A stretch of DNA of 64,000 nt from Chthonomonadales bacterium (GTDB lineage: Bacteria > Armatimonadota > Chthonomonadetes > Chthonomonadales > CAJBBX01): NCBI GenBank assembly GCA_035477595.1, contig DATIKM010000071.1, forward strand, positions 878 to 64,877, given 5' to 3'. Each line of letters opens with the position of its first letter. Position 1 is the stretch's first letter. A program made the position numbers and the translations under genes. Below the pieces are notes generated by a model. The model was not told the origin of the DNA. It worked only from the letters and a program-made list of their open reading frames with translations, and made no database searches. Positions 37,674-46,651 of this stretch are shown here, piece by piece.

Positions 37674-38620
37674 GAGCGGCTGTTGGCCATGCGTCTGGAC
37701 CGCGTGAGGATGGCGGCCATCCGCCGGCTGCCGGCCCGCGCCAGTTCGGCAGGTTCCATACCCCACAGGTCATCGCGGAAGAGCTCGAGCGACAGGACGC
37801 CGTTGAACCCATTCGCAAGCAGGTCGGCAACCATCCGGTCCAGCGGGGCGCTGCCGTCGCTCGGGAGAACCCGCTGCGGGTCGGTCAGACGATCGGGCGG
37901 GGTGCCGGCCGGCACGTCGTTCATGTGGAAGACAGGCGAGGCGTCGCCTGCCAGTAGAGCGAGGCCGGCGGGCGGCGAGCCACCGCGGATGAGGTGGTAG
38001 ACGTCGGCAAGGATGGCCGGACGGTCGACTGCGGATAGCGCCGCCACCTGGAGCGCCTCACCCAAGGTGCGTAGGGTGGCCGAGAAGCCCCAGATCTCCA
38101 TCAGTGGTCGGACTCCTGCCGGCTGGCACACCGACACGAGAGCGTGGTAGCGCTCGGCGAGGCGCGCGAGCGACACCGGCGCGTCGGTTGCGCCGGCGGG
38201 CGGCGCGGCCATCCACCGGCATCCGAGGGCGGCCACAAGCTCCGCGACGCGGCGGGCCGTCTCGAGCCCGGAGCGGCGCCGGGCATCGTCGTCGACCGCC
38301 CACTCTGGAAACGCGATGACACACGCGATGGCGACGCCGTTCCGCTCAGCCGCCCGGCGAAGCGCAGCGGGTCCACCCAGTCGCAGCACGGCCGCATCGA
38401 CTTCGTGGGCCCACGGCTCGATGGCAGCGTAGCCACACTCGGCCGCCAGAACCAGCAGGCGCTCGAGCGGCATCCGGGCGGACCGCAGGGTTGCCGTGTT
38501 CAGGCACAGCAGAGGCCCGCGAACGGGCCGCCGCGGCGCGCTGATTGGGATCGCGGGAATGGCCGCGCACGCGAGGGCCTGTCGGCGAGTGAGCTGCAGG
38601 GAGGTGTCCGGGTTGCTCAT
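37670..38620 (-). CDS. sugar phosphate isomerase/epimerase (xylose isomerase-like TIM barrel) with Tat-like signal
   Basis: The N-terminus MSNPDTSLQLTRRQALACAAIP is twin-arginine-like. GYAAIEPW, LMEIWGF, VYHLIRGG and VLSLELF are consistent with the AP_endonuc_2 fold. Start ATG 38620 chosen. Confidence 0.65.
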   Translation of the reverse strand: MSNPDTSLQLTRRQALACAAIPAIPISAPRRPVRGPLLCLNTATLRSARMPLERLLVLAAECGYAAIEPWAHEVDAAVLRLGGPAALRRAAERNGVAIACVIAFPEWAVDDDARRRSGLETARRVAELVAALGCRWMAAPPAGATDAPVSLARLAERYHALVSVCQPAGVRPLMEIWGFSATLRTLGEALQVAALSAVDRPAILADVYHLIRGGSPPAGLALLAGDASPVFHMNDVPAGTPPDRLTDPQRVLPSDGSAPLDRMVADLLANGFNGVLSLELFRDDLWGMEPAELARAGSRRMAAILTRSRRMANSRS

Positions 38621-38780
38621 CGCCAGCATTCTACCGCACGAGGGGACTGCGCGGTGCGCGACCACGGCAGGAATGCCCCGGCATGCAGGCGAACGAACGG
38701 GCGCCCTGTTCCTACCGTGCGAGGCGGTCGGCCCGCGGTCCGCGGTCGGCTGGCCGGCGGACGGGTCCGGGTGGTGCGGG

Positions 38781-39443
38781 ATGCCCGTGAACGGTGACTG
38801 GTGGAACGCAGTTCGCTACAGCGTTTACGCACCCGTCTACGATGCCGTTGCTGGTGTCGTTGAGGCCGGGAGGCGTCGGGCGCATGCGCGCGCAGCCATC
38901 ATGGCCGGCGAGCGGGTGCTGATTGTAGGTGCGGGCACCGGGCGCGACCTCCCGCTTCTGCCGGCTGGTGTCGAAATCGTGGCGACCGACGTGGCGCCGG
39001 CGATGGTGGCGCGCCTGCGCGCAAGAGCCCTTCGGCTCGGGTTGGAGGTCGACGTTCGCCTTGGGTCGGCGGTCCGCCTGGACCTGCCAGATGCGAGCGT
39101 CGACGTCGTGCTATTCCACCTCGTCCTGTCGGTCGTGTCTGATCCGGAGGCTTGCGCACGGGAGGCCGCGAGGGTGCTTCGGCCAGGCGGCCGGATCAGC
39201 GTGTTCGACAAGTTCGTAGATGACGGGGTGCCGCCGCGGCCATGGAGGCGCGCGGCCAACGTGATCACCCGGATCATGTTCTCAGACCTCAACCGGCAGC
39301 TCGGACCCTTGTTGGCGCAGGCAGGCCTCCGGTACGACGGCCACGAGCCTGGGGCGCTTGGGGGAGCGTACCGGGTCGCCCTCGCGCGCCATGTCGGATC
39401 GTCCGAGGCAGCGCCAGGCATCAGTCGTCGGCAGGAGACCTGA
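38781..39443 (+). CDS. class I SAM-dependent methyltransferase
   Basis: Motif I VLIVGAGTGRDL. Post-I ATDVAPAM. Motif II/III DVVLFHLVL...LRPGGRISVFD. Start ATG 38781. The upstream part of the track ORF overlaps the divergent gene. Confidence 0.7.
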   Translation: MPVNGDWWNAVRYSVYAPVYDAVAGVVEAGRRRAHARAAIMAGERVLIVGAGTGRDLPLLPAGVEIVATDVAPAMVARLRARALRLGLEVDVRLGSAVRLDLPDASVDVVLFHLVLSVVSDPEACAREAARVLRPGGRISVFDKFVDDGVPPRPWRRAANVITRIMFSDLNRQLGPLLAQAGLRYDGHEPGALGGAYRVALARHVGSSEAAPGISRRQET

Positions 39444-40082
39444 GCTTGGCAGGCGATGCCAGATGTCGCGCTGGCAGCCTTCCCCGCCGACTGCCGATGG
39501 AGGGGTACGAGCGAGACGCTGCTCGGCCCGCGACCGTGCTGGGGGCGGCGTCTGCGCCGCCGCGCTGATACGGGCCTGGCGGTATGCTGACCTCGAGGAG
39601 CGGATGGCTGCCGCGCGAGCCCGCCTCCACGCCCGGCAGACGGTGGCGCACGGGCTGATCGGCGGGTGAATGTACCTGCGCAGCCTGATCGGACCGAGCG
39701 ACCTGCCCACCATGGTCTGCGACCTGCCCGGTCTGACTGAGGAGTGCGTGCGGGCTTGGTGCAATCTCGCGCTGGAGCGCACTGGCTCCAGTCTAGGTCG
39801 CCGCCGGGTGTGACGTTGTGCGCACGGCTCGCATGCAATCCGACCGGGCGATCGCCGGCGGCGGCTGCATCTTGACCTGCGACCACGCGGTCCCGGCGGC
39901 GGCCTCCCTCGGCGACTGCCGCGAGCGCTGCCGTGGAGCTGGGCGGGTGACGGCGTGGAGCCGCCATCGCGTGGAGCCGACAATCCATACCGGCGGGTCG
40001 CTCGTCGCTGTCAGGGCGAGACTGGACGCGCCCTGCCATGCGTACGCGCATCTCGCGCCCTGAGGCGCGCAAGGGAGAAGCG

Positions 40083-41738
40083 ATGAGCCACGCTGTGTCC
40101 ATTAGCCCGGCAGGCGAGCGGTTCCCACTGCCCGATGACGCGGCCTATGCCGCGGAGATGGAGCGCTTGCGCGCCCTCGTGGACGAGGCACGGGAGCAGG
40201 GCCGCGAGATCGTGGTCGTGATGGGCGTCGGCTTCGTGGGAGCCGTCATGGCGGCCATCATCGCGGACACGGTGGACAAGGGCACCGGCCTGCCGGCGAA
40301 GTTCGTTATCGGGTGCCAGCGGCCGAGCACGCGGTCGTACTGGAAGATACCGCTGCTCAACCGGGGTGAGTCTCCCGTCAAGGCGGAGGACCCCGAGGTT
40401 GACCCGATGATCGCGCGGTGCGTCAAGGAGAAGCGCACGCTGACCGCGACGTTCAACAGCGCCTGCCTGGCTCTGGCAGACGTCGTCGTTGTCGATGTCC
40501 AGTGCGACTACGTGAAGCGCGACCTCGGGAACCTGAGAACGGGCGAGACCGACATGGCGGCGCTCGAGGCCACGATGCGCACCATCGGCGAGCGCGTCCG
40601 CCCCGACTGCCTGGTGCTCATCGAGACGACGGTGGCGCCTGGCACCACAGAGTTCGTCGCGCTCCCAATCCTGCGTCGCGCCTTCGAGACGCGCGGCATC
40701 GACTCCGAGCCACTCCTCGCCCACAGCTTCGAGAGGGTCATGCCGGGGCGTCAGTACGTCGCATCGATCCGCGACTTCTGGCGCGTCTGCTCCGGATGCA
40801 CGGACCAGGCGCGTGACCGCGTCGTGAGGTTCCTCACCGAAGTGCTGAACACGGAGGAGTACCCGCTCACCGTGATGGACCGGCCGATTGAGTCCGAGAC
40901 CACGAAGATCGTGGAGAACTCGTACCGGGCCACGATCCTCGCCTTCCTGAACGAGTGGAGCCTGTTCGCGGAGCGCAATGGGGTCGACCTCACCAAAGTG
41001 ATCGCCGCCATTCGCACGCGGCCCACGCACTCCAACATTATCTTCCCTGGCCCGGGCATCGGAGGTTACTGCCTGCCCAAGGACGGCGGCCTGGGCGCAT
41101 GGGCCTACAAGCACATCCTAGGCTTCGAGGACAACATCTTTCGCATCACCACGCTGGCGATCGACATCAACGACACAAGAGCGCTCCACGTGGCCGAGCT
41201 TACGCGGGACGCCCTCCGCAACATGGGGCGGTACATCGCCGGGGTGCCCGTGCTGTTGTGCGGGGCAAGCTACCGCGAGGACGTCGGCGATACGCGCTAC
41301 AGCGGCTCCGAGCTTGTGGTCCGCAAGCTGGCGGAGATGGGCGCTCTGATGAGGGTCCACGACCCCTACGTTGATCACTGGTACGAGATCGAGAACCAGG
41401 ACAGCTATCCGGGGACCGGGCAGTCGCTGGCGCGCTTCTTCCGCAACCAGGACGAGCTGGCGTCGCTGCGCGTGAGCAAGGACCTTCCGGCCAGCCTCCG
41501 TGGCGTCTCGGCAGTGGTGCTCGCCGTGCGCCACGCTCCGTACCTCGCCCTCACGCCCGATCAGGTCGTGGAGTGGGTGGGCGCGCCCGTGGCGGTGGTC
41601 GACTGCTTCGGCATCCTGTCGGACGACCAGATACGCCGCTACTTCGAGCTCGGCTGCGAAGTGAAGGCGCTGGGGCGGGGCCACATCCAGCGCATCAAGG
41701 AGTCGGTCCGCGCGCGCCAGCTACGGCCCGACAGGTAG
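40083..41738 (+). CDS. nucleotide-sugar dehydrogenase (UDP-glucose/GDP-mannose dehydrogenase family)
   Basis: Rossmann VVMGVGFVGAVMA. Central domain SETTKIVENSYRA. Catalytic-Cys motif GPGIGGYCLPKD. C-terminal GASYREDVGDTRYS. ATG 40083 follows AGGGAG. Confidence 0.8.
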   Translation: MSHAVSISPAGERFPLPDDAAYAAEMERLRALVDEAREQGREIVVVMGVGFVGAVMAAIIADTVDKGTGLPAKFVIGCQRPSTRSYWKIPLLNRGESPVKAEDPEVDPMIARCVKEKRTLTATFNSACLALADVVVVDVQCDYVKRDLGNLRTGETDMAALEATMRTIGERVRPDCLVLIETTVAPGTTEFVALPILRRAFETRGIDSEPLLAHSFERVMPGRQYVASIRDFWRVCSGCTDQARDRVVRFLTEVLNTEEYPLTVMDRPIESETTKIVENSYRATILAFLNEWSLFAERNGVDLTKVIAAIRTRPTHSNIIFPGPGIGGYCLPKDGGLGAWAYKHILGFEDNIFRITTLAIDINDTRALHVAELTRDALRNMGRYIAGVPVLLCGASYREDVGDTRYSGSELVVRKLAEMGALMRVHDPYVDHWYEIENQDSYPGTGQSLARFFRNQDELASLRVSKDLPASLRGVSAVVLAVRHAPYLALTPDQVVEWVGAPVAVVDCFGILSDDQIRRYFELGCEVKALGRGHIQRIKESVRARQLRPDR

Positions 41739-41857
41739 GACGCTTTACGGAAGCCCGCATCTTGGCCGACAGGGGAGTTGGCCACGAGTCAGCGCGGCGC
41801 TGTGCGAAGCCTTGGGGGGCGTGCCTGGACGGCGCCGGCCGCAGGCGCCCGCGCAGG

Positions 41858-42613
41858 TTACGAGGGGCGCGAGGCGCCCCAGGCGGCGCGCAGAAGCTGG
41901 CGGTAGTAGGCCCCGTCCGCCGTCGGGGGCAGCAGGCCGCTGAGCGGCGACTCGGCGAGTTCCACAGCGCTCCAGGTCGCAGCCGGCCACGTGCGGCCAT
42001 CCGGCGGCGCGGCGCGAGTCCCGAGTTGACGGGCGAGGTCCCCGGCAGGGTCGACGCTCTGTAGAATATCGAGCAGCTGGTTGATGTGCGCGAGATGGAA
42101 GCCTGCGAGGTCCGCGTCGTCGCCCAGAACCGCAGCGCGCATGCGTCCAGCCTCAAGCAGCAGGCGTCCCCCCAGCGTGTCCAGCACGGTGCGCAGGCGC
42201 TCCTCGCGGTCCGCGGCACGCGAAACGGGCCGGCGGTCGGCCCGTGCTGCCGGCATCAGAGGTTCCTGTCGGACGGGACCGTCCGCATGGTCGGGCCCGC
42301 GTCGCGTCGGATCACCGTACAGGAAGAGCGACCGTTCTGACCGCGGCGCTTTCGCGCGCCGATGCCCGCCTCCCTCACGCCGCGCCTGCGGGCCGACGAC
42401 CTGCGCGACAGGGTCCGCGCCGGGATCTGTCGTGTCGGCCGGGCGTTCCGAGGCGGCAGCCTTATCGGGCGCCTCTACAGTCGGCACAGGCGCCGCGGCA
42501 GCCTGCACCGCATCCTGCGGCTCCTCCGCATCGATGGTAGACACGCCGGCGATCAGCGCATCGAACTCGAAGGCCTCCGCTTCGCGCTGCAGCCGCTGGC
42601 GAAGCGATGTCAT
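41858..42613 (-). CDS. hypothetical protein, disordered acidic/Ala-Pro-rich N-half, downstream partner of ParA-like ATPase
   Basis: ATG 42613 lies 4 nt after the ParA-like stop. The N-terminal predicted helix is MTSLRQRLQREAEAFEFDALIAG. A low-complexity stretch (AAAPVPTVEAPDKAAASERPADTTDPGADP) follows, then a helical C-half (LRTVLDTLGGRLLLEAGRMRAAVLG...INQLLDILQ). No family recognised. Confidence 0.5.
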   Translation of the reverse strand: MTSLRQRLQREAEAFEFDALIAGVSTIDAEEPQDAVQAAAAPVPTVEAPDKAAASERPADTTDPGADPVAQVVGPQARREGGGHRRAKAPRSERSLFLYGDPTRRGPDHADGPVRQEPLMPAARADRRPVSRAADREERLRTVLDTLGGRLLLEAGRMRAAVLGDDADLAGFHLAHINQLLDILQSVDPAGDLARQLGTRAAPPDGRTWPAATWSAVELAESPLSGLLPPTADGAYYRQLLRAAWGASRPS

Positions 42614-42617
42614 GCGG

Positions 42618-43391
42618 TCAGTTCGCACGAGCCACAACCTCCTCCGCCAACGACGCGTAGTTCTGAGCCCCGGAGGCCCGGCGGTCGAACAGGATGATCG
42701 GCATGCCTTGCACCTCGGACTCCGAGAGACGCACGTTCTTGAAGATCTCGGTGCGGAACACCTTGTCGCCGAACCGCTCGCGTATCTCCTCCACCATCGT
42801 CTGGTGCAGGCGCGTCCCCCTCTCCACCATCGTCAGCAGAACGCCGAGCAGCTCGACCCGGAAACGCAGGCTCTTGGTGAGCCCGACGATCATCCTGTTC
42901 AGCGTGTCCATGCCCGCGAATGCGTAGAACTTCGGCTCGGTGGGGATCAGCAGGTGACTGGACGCCACGATGGCGTTCTGTGTGAGCGTGCCGAGCGATG
43001 GCGGGCAGTCGATGAGGATCCAGTCGAAGGACTCCTCGCGCGTCAGGTCCTCTATCGCGTTCCGGAGGCGGTAAGCCTTGTCGGCATGCGGCATCAGGAC
43101 CGCCTCAGTATGAGCGAGGTCGAGGTGGCCCGGCGCAAGGTACAGCGGGAGCCCCGCGACCTGGTGCAGGATGTCGGCGAGCGGCATCTCCTCCGAATCG
43201 AGAAGCGTAGTGTGCAGCGCCGCTTCCAGCCGGTACCATTCGATCCCGAGCCCCAAGGTCAGGTTGGCCTGCGGATCCAGGTCGATCAGCAGGGTCCTGT
43301 GCCCCCGCGCGGCGAGGCACGCGCCCAGGTTGGCGGTCGTCGTCGTCTTCGCTACGCCGCCCTTCTGGTTCACCACCGCCACGATCCTCAT
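42618..43391 (-). CDS. ParA/MinD-family P-loop ATPase (orphan: no parB adjacent)
   Basis: MRIVAVVNQKGGVAKTTTTANLG is the deviant Walker A KGGxxKT with the signature lysine. LLIDLDPQANLT. Walker B WILIDCPPSLG. ATG 43391 overlaps the upstream stop (ATGA). Confidence 0.85.
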   Translation of the reverse strand: MRIVAVVNQKGGVAKTTTTANLGACLAARGHRTLLIDLDPQANLTLGLGIEWYRLEAALHTTLLDSEEMPLADILHQVAGLPLYLAPGHLDLAHTEAVLMPHADKAYRLRNAIEDLTREESFDWILIDCPPSLGTLTQNAIVASSHLLIPTEPKFYAFAGMDTLNRMIVGLTKSLRFRVELLGVLLTMVERGTRLHQTMVEEIRERFGDKVFRTEIFKNVRLSESEVQGMPIILFDRRASGAQNYASLAEEVVARAN

Positions 43392-44167
43392 GTGCCCGCC
43401 ACCCTGTCGACTCTCGCGGTCGACTGCTCGGCCATCAGCAGTCGCGACGCAGCGACGCACAGCGTTCCCAGGGGGTTGTACAGCGTCCTGGGTCGCAGCA
43501 CAACGTGCAGCGGATCACCCGCCGAGCGGCCCTCCACTGCGAACACACCGTTGCGAAGGTCATCGAGGAACGACATGTATTCCTCTGCGTTCGGCTGGTC
43601 CTCGTGGATGCGCAGACGGGTCAGCTCTACAATGGCGTGCCACAGCGGCGTGGACGGGTCGACGGCCCGGTCGCGCTGGCGGAAGCGCACCACGTCGCCC
43701 TGGCAAAAGGGGTTGGCCCACGGATTGCCAAGCGGACACCAGTCCGTCGTCTCCTCGTCGGTGGCGACAGGCTGCCCGAACGAGATGCGTCCTGCAGACC
43801 GCCGGATCGGGTAGATCAGGCCCCGTGTGCAGCCATCGGCAGCGGTCATGGCGATCGCGAGCGACTGGCCTCCGGGCTCCGAGGGGCCGTGCGGCAAGTG
43901 AAACTGCACCCCGCCGTCGGCGCGGCTCATCTCGGCTATCACCGCGTAGGCGGCCGGGGCCCGGTCTCGGGCGTAGCGCCGCGCGTCCTCGAACGCGCGC
44001 CCCGCTCCCTCGTCGGTCTCCCAGTCGAGCGCAATGGCCTCGACGCCGGTCGTGGGCTCGAAGAGCAGCACTGCCGGACGGATGCTACCGCTGCGCAGAA
44101 GGCTGCTGGTCGCGCCAACATCCAGCAGAGAGAACTCGGCATCGAAGTTGAAGGTCTCGTCCCCCAC
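43388..44167 (-). CDS. hypothetical protein, upstream partner of ParA-like ATPase
   Basis: 259-aa ORF with a GTG start 8 nt after GGGAAGGG. GC3 is high. The stop overlaps the parA-like ATG. No motif that I recognise. Confidence 0.55.
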   Translation of the reverse strand: MGDETFNFDAEFSLLDVGATSSLLRSGSIRPAVLLFEPTTGVEAIALDWETDEGAGRAFEDARRYARDRAPAAYAVIAEMSRADGGVQFHLPHGPSEPGGQSLAIAMTAADGCTRGLIYPIRRSAGRISFGQPVATDEETTDWCPLGNPWANPFCQGDVVRFRQRDRAVDPSTPLWHAIVELTRLRIHEDQPNAEEYMSFLDDLRNGVFAVEGRSAGDPLHVVLRPRTLYNPLGTLCVAASRLLMAEQSTARVDRVAGT

Positions 44168-44248
44168 GCCACACCCTTCCCATCCCGCTCAGGCTGACAC
44201 CTGCCGGGCCACACCGAAAGCCGACTCCTGATTTCGCCTCGGGCTGCG

Positions 44249-45385
44249 CTAAGCAGGATCAGGAAGCAGCAGTTGCTCCGGGTTCAGTGCCGCCAGCTCG
44301 TCGGCCACGAACAGCCCATCGCGTCGGACCAGCTCGTCGTCAAACCAGATCTCGCCTCCCCCATACTCCGGGCGCTGGATGCATACCAGGTCCCAATGGA
44401 TCTGGGAGCGATTGCCGTTGTCCGCCTCGTCGTACGCCTCGCCCGGCGTCAGGTGGAACGACCCAGCGATCTTCTCGTCGAACAGCGTGTCGCGCATCGG
44501 CGTGAGCACAAGGGGGTTAACGCCGAGAGCCCACTCCCCGAGGTAACGGGCGCCCTCATCGACGCCGAGTATCTCGTTCAGTCGCGCTGTCTGGTCGCCT
44601 GCCGTCGCGTCGACGATCCTGCCGCTCCGAAACGTCAGGCGTACGTCGCGGAAGGCGACGCCGCGGTTAAGGGTTTCCGTGTTGACCGTGAGTACGCCCT
44701 CTGCGCTGTCCCTGACCGGCGCCGTGAAGACCTCTCCGTCCGGGATGTTGCGCTCACCCGAGCACGGCACCGCCGGAATGCCGGCGATCGAGAAGGTCAG
44801 GTCGGTTCCCGGCCCCACAATGCGCACGCGATCCGTCGCGGCCATCTTCTCCACCAGCGGAACCATGGCTCTGCCCAGGCGAGCGTAGTCGACGCCCACG
44901 CACACGCGGAAAAAGAAGTCCTCGAAGGCCTCGGTGCTCATGGAGGCGGACTGGGCCATCGAGGGGCTCGGCCATCGGAGCACCACCCACTTGGTCCGGC
45001 GGATGCGGACCTCGCTGTGGACTGGCCGCCACCAGTGCTTCTCGTAGAGGTCCATCCGATCCGAGGGCACATCACCCATCTCGTTGGCGTTGTGGGTGCC
45101 GCGCAGCCCGATGTAGCACTGAACGGCCTCCATGCGCTCGCGCTCCACCATGCCGATCGTGCGCATCTGGTCCTTGGTGGCCGCCCGATAGAGCGCGCGG
45201 AGAACGGGCTGATGGTACGTGGAGACGAGCGGAAGGCCTCCCGCCTCCGACACGGCGCCGATGAGCGCCGCTGTGAAGTCGGTCGGTATGTCGAAGGCCT
45301 CGATGAGGACCTTCTCGCCGGGCTGCAGGCGCGTCGAGTGCTCCACCAGCACGCGCGACAGAGCGTCGAACCGCGGATCTCGCAT
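44249..45385 (-). CDS. aminopeptidase, M29 (AmpS/PepS, thermophilic metalloprotease) family
   Basis: LSRVLVEHSTRLQPGEKVLI, WVVLRWPS, NIPDGEVFTAP, GEWALGVNP, FDEKIAGSFHLTPGEAY and IHWDLV are M29 hallmarks as I recall them. Confidence 0.85.
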   Translation of the reverse strand: MRDPRFDALSRVLVEHSTRLQPGEKVLIEAFDIPTDFTAALIGAVSEAGGLPLVSTYHQPVLRALYRAATKDQMRTIGMVERERMEAVQCYIGLRGTHNANEMGDVPSDRMDLYEKHWWRPVHSEVRIRRTKWVVLRWPSPSMAQSASMSTEAFEDFFFRVCVGVDYARLGRAMVPLVEKMAATDRVRIVGPGTDLTFSIAGIPAVPCSGERNIPDGEVFTAPVRDSAEGVLTVNTETLNRGVAFRDVRLTFRSGRIVDATAGDQTARLNEILGVDEGARYLGEWALGVNPLVLTPMRDTLFDEKIAGSFHLTPGEAYDEADNGNRSQIHWDLVCIQRPEYGGGEIWFDDELVRRDGLFVADELAALNPEQLLLPDPA

Positions 45386-45574
45386 TCAGCCCCCTGCCTC
45401 TCCGGCGAAGCCGGCCCGTGGAGCCGTCGGAACGAAGCAACCAACCATGTCGCGCAGCGAATGCGAGCAGCCGATGCCGTCGGCGCCAAAGAAGGCGGCC
45501 GCTCGCAGCGTGGCCCAGATCGGGGAGCGCTTGGTGCCGTCCGTGATGGCGCAGGCAAGGCGCGGACTGGTCAT
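45386..45574 (-). CDS. hypothetical 62-aa Cys-containing protein, stop abuts aminopeptidase ATG
   Basis: MTSPRLACAITDGTKRSPIWATLRAAAFFGADGIGCSHSLRDMVGCFVPTAPRAGFAGEAGG. GC3 is ~80%. The TGA at 45386-45388 directly abuts the ATG at 45385 (TGAATG). A TACAAT hexamer lies at 45642-45637 upstream. No family recognised. Confidence 0.3.
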   Translation of the reverse strand: MTSPRLACAITDGTKRSPIWATLRAAAFFGADGIGCSHSLRDMVGCFVPTAPRAGFAGEAGG

Positions 45575-45706
45575 CGGGTGGCGGTCCCCTGGGGAAGGCG
45601 GTGTGGCGAGGCCGCCGACAGAGCGGCCGACGCCCTATTGTACCCGCCGGGAGGGCTGGTCCGGGCGGCTCCGTTCGCAGGCTATGGGGGGATGCGCCGT
45701 AGGCCT

Positions 45707-46651
45707 TCAGGCGCCGCGCACCGCGCCCGCGTGCTCGCAATACCACGAATAGGTGGAGCGCAGCCCGTCCGCGAGCGCTATGCGCGGGGTCCACCCGAGG
45801 GCAGTCAGCCGGGACACGTCGAGCAGCTTCCGGGGCGTCCCGTCCGGGCGTGAGGTATCGAAGCGCAGCTCCCCACGGTAGCCCACCACGTCGCGGATGG
45901 CCTCCGCCAGTTCGCGGATCGAAACATCCTCCCCGCACCCAACATTGATCGGCTCCATGCCGTCGTACTCGCGCATCAGGAACACGCAGGCGTCGGCCAG
46001 GTCATCGACGTGCAGGAACTCGCGGCGCGGGGCGCCCGTGCCCCACACGATGACGTCGGGAGCGGCGCCCTGCCGCGCCTCATGCATTCGTCGCAGCAGG
46101 GCGGGCAGTACGTGCGCGTTCTCCAGGTCGAAGCTGTCTCCGGGACCGTAGAGGTTGGTCGGCATGGCGACGATGGCGTTCATGCCGAACTGCCTCCGGT
46201 ACGATTGGCACATGATAAGGCCCGCGATCTTGGCGACCGCGTAGGGCGCGTTCGTGGGCTCGAGCGGAGCGGTGAGCAGGTACTCCTCACGGATCGGCTG
46301 CGGGCACTCGCGCGGGTAGATGCACGACGAACCCAGAAAGAGCAGCTTCCGCACCCCATACCGGTGGGAAGCATCGATCACGTTTGTCTGGATCTGCAGG
46401 TTATCACGGATGAAGTCGGCAGGGAACGCGCTGTTGGCGTGGATGCCTCCCACCCTGGCAGCTGCCAGGAACACGTACTCGGGCTGCGAGGCCGCGAAGT
46501 AACGGTCTACCTGGTCTGGGTCGCGCAGGTCGCACTCGGCGCGTGAAGCGGTCAGGACGCACTCGCAGCCATCGGCGAGCAACCGGCGTACGATGGCGGA
46601 GCCGACAAGCCCGGTGTGTCCCGCGACATGGACCCTAGATGTGCGCTGCAT
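45707..46651 (-). CDS. fcl: GDP-L-fucose synthase (GDP-4-keto-6-deoxy-D-mannose 3,5-epimerase/4-reductase)
   Basis: [43 protein letters not shown] (YxxxK), PTNLYGPGD. There is a 17-nt overlap with gmd. Confidence 0.9.
   Translation of the reverse strand: MQRTSRVHVAGHTGLVGSAIVRRLLADGCECVLTASRAECDLRDPDQVDRYFAASQPEYVFLAAARVGGIHANSAFPADFIRDNLQIQTNVIDASHRYGVRKLLFLGSSCIYPRECPQPIREEYLLTAPLEPTNAPYAVAKIAGLIMCQSYRRQFGMNAIVAMPTNLYGPGDSFDLENAHVLPALLRRMHEARQGAAPDVIVWGTGAPRREFLHVDDLADACVFLMREYDGMEPINVGCGEDVSIRELAEAIRDVVGYRGELRFDTSRPDGTPRKLLDVSRLTALGWTPRIALADGLRSTYSWYCEHAGAVRGA

Noticed and set aside
38628-38633. TAGAAT hexamer 7 nt upstream of ATG 38620, suggesting a leaderless mRNA for the sugar-phosphate isomerase gene.
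   Set aside because: It is a single hexamer without a -35 or extended -10. The ORF has alternative upstream starts, so it could be chance.
38837-40102. Long ORFs antisense to, or out of frame with, confident genes. Examples: 38837..40102(-), 40011..41114(-), 44273..45853(+), 47678..49195(+), 49232..50983(+), 52794..54389(-), 60557..61891(+), 516..1280(-).
   Set aside because: Their translations are Arg/Pro/Gly/Ala-rich low-complexity strings with no motifs. They overlap genes with strong homology signatures. Such shadow ORFs are expected in ~70% GC DNA because stop codons are AT-rich.
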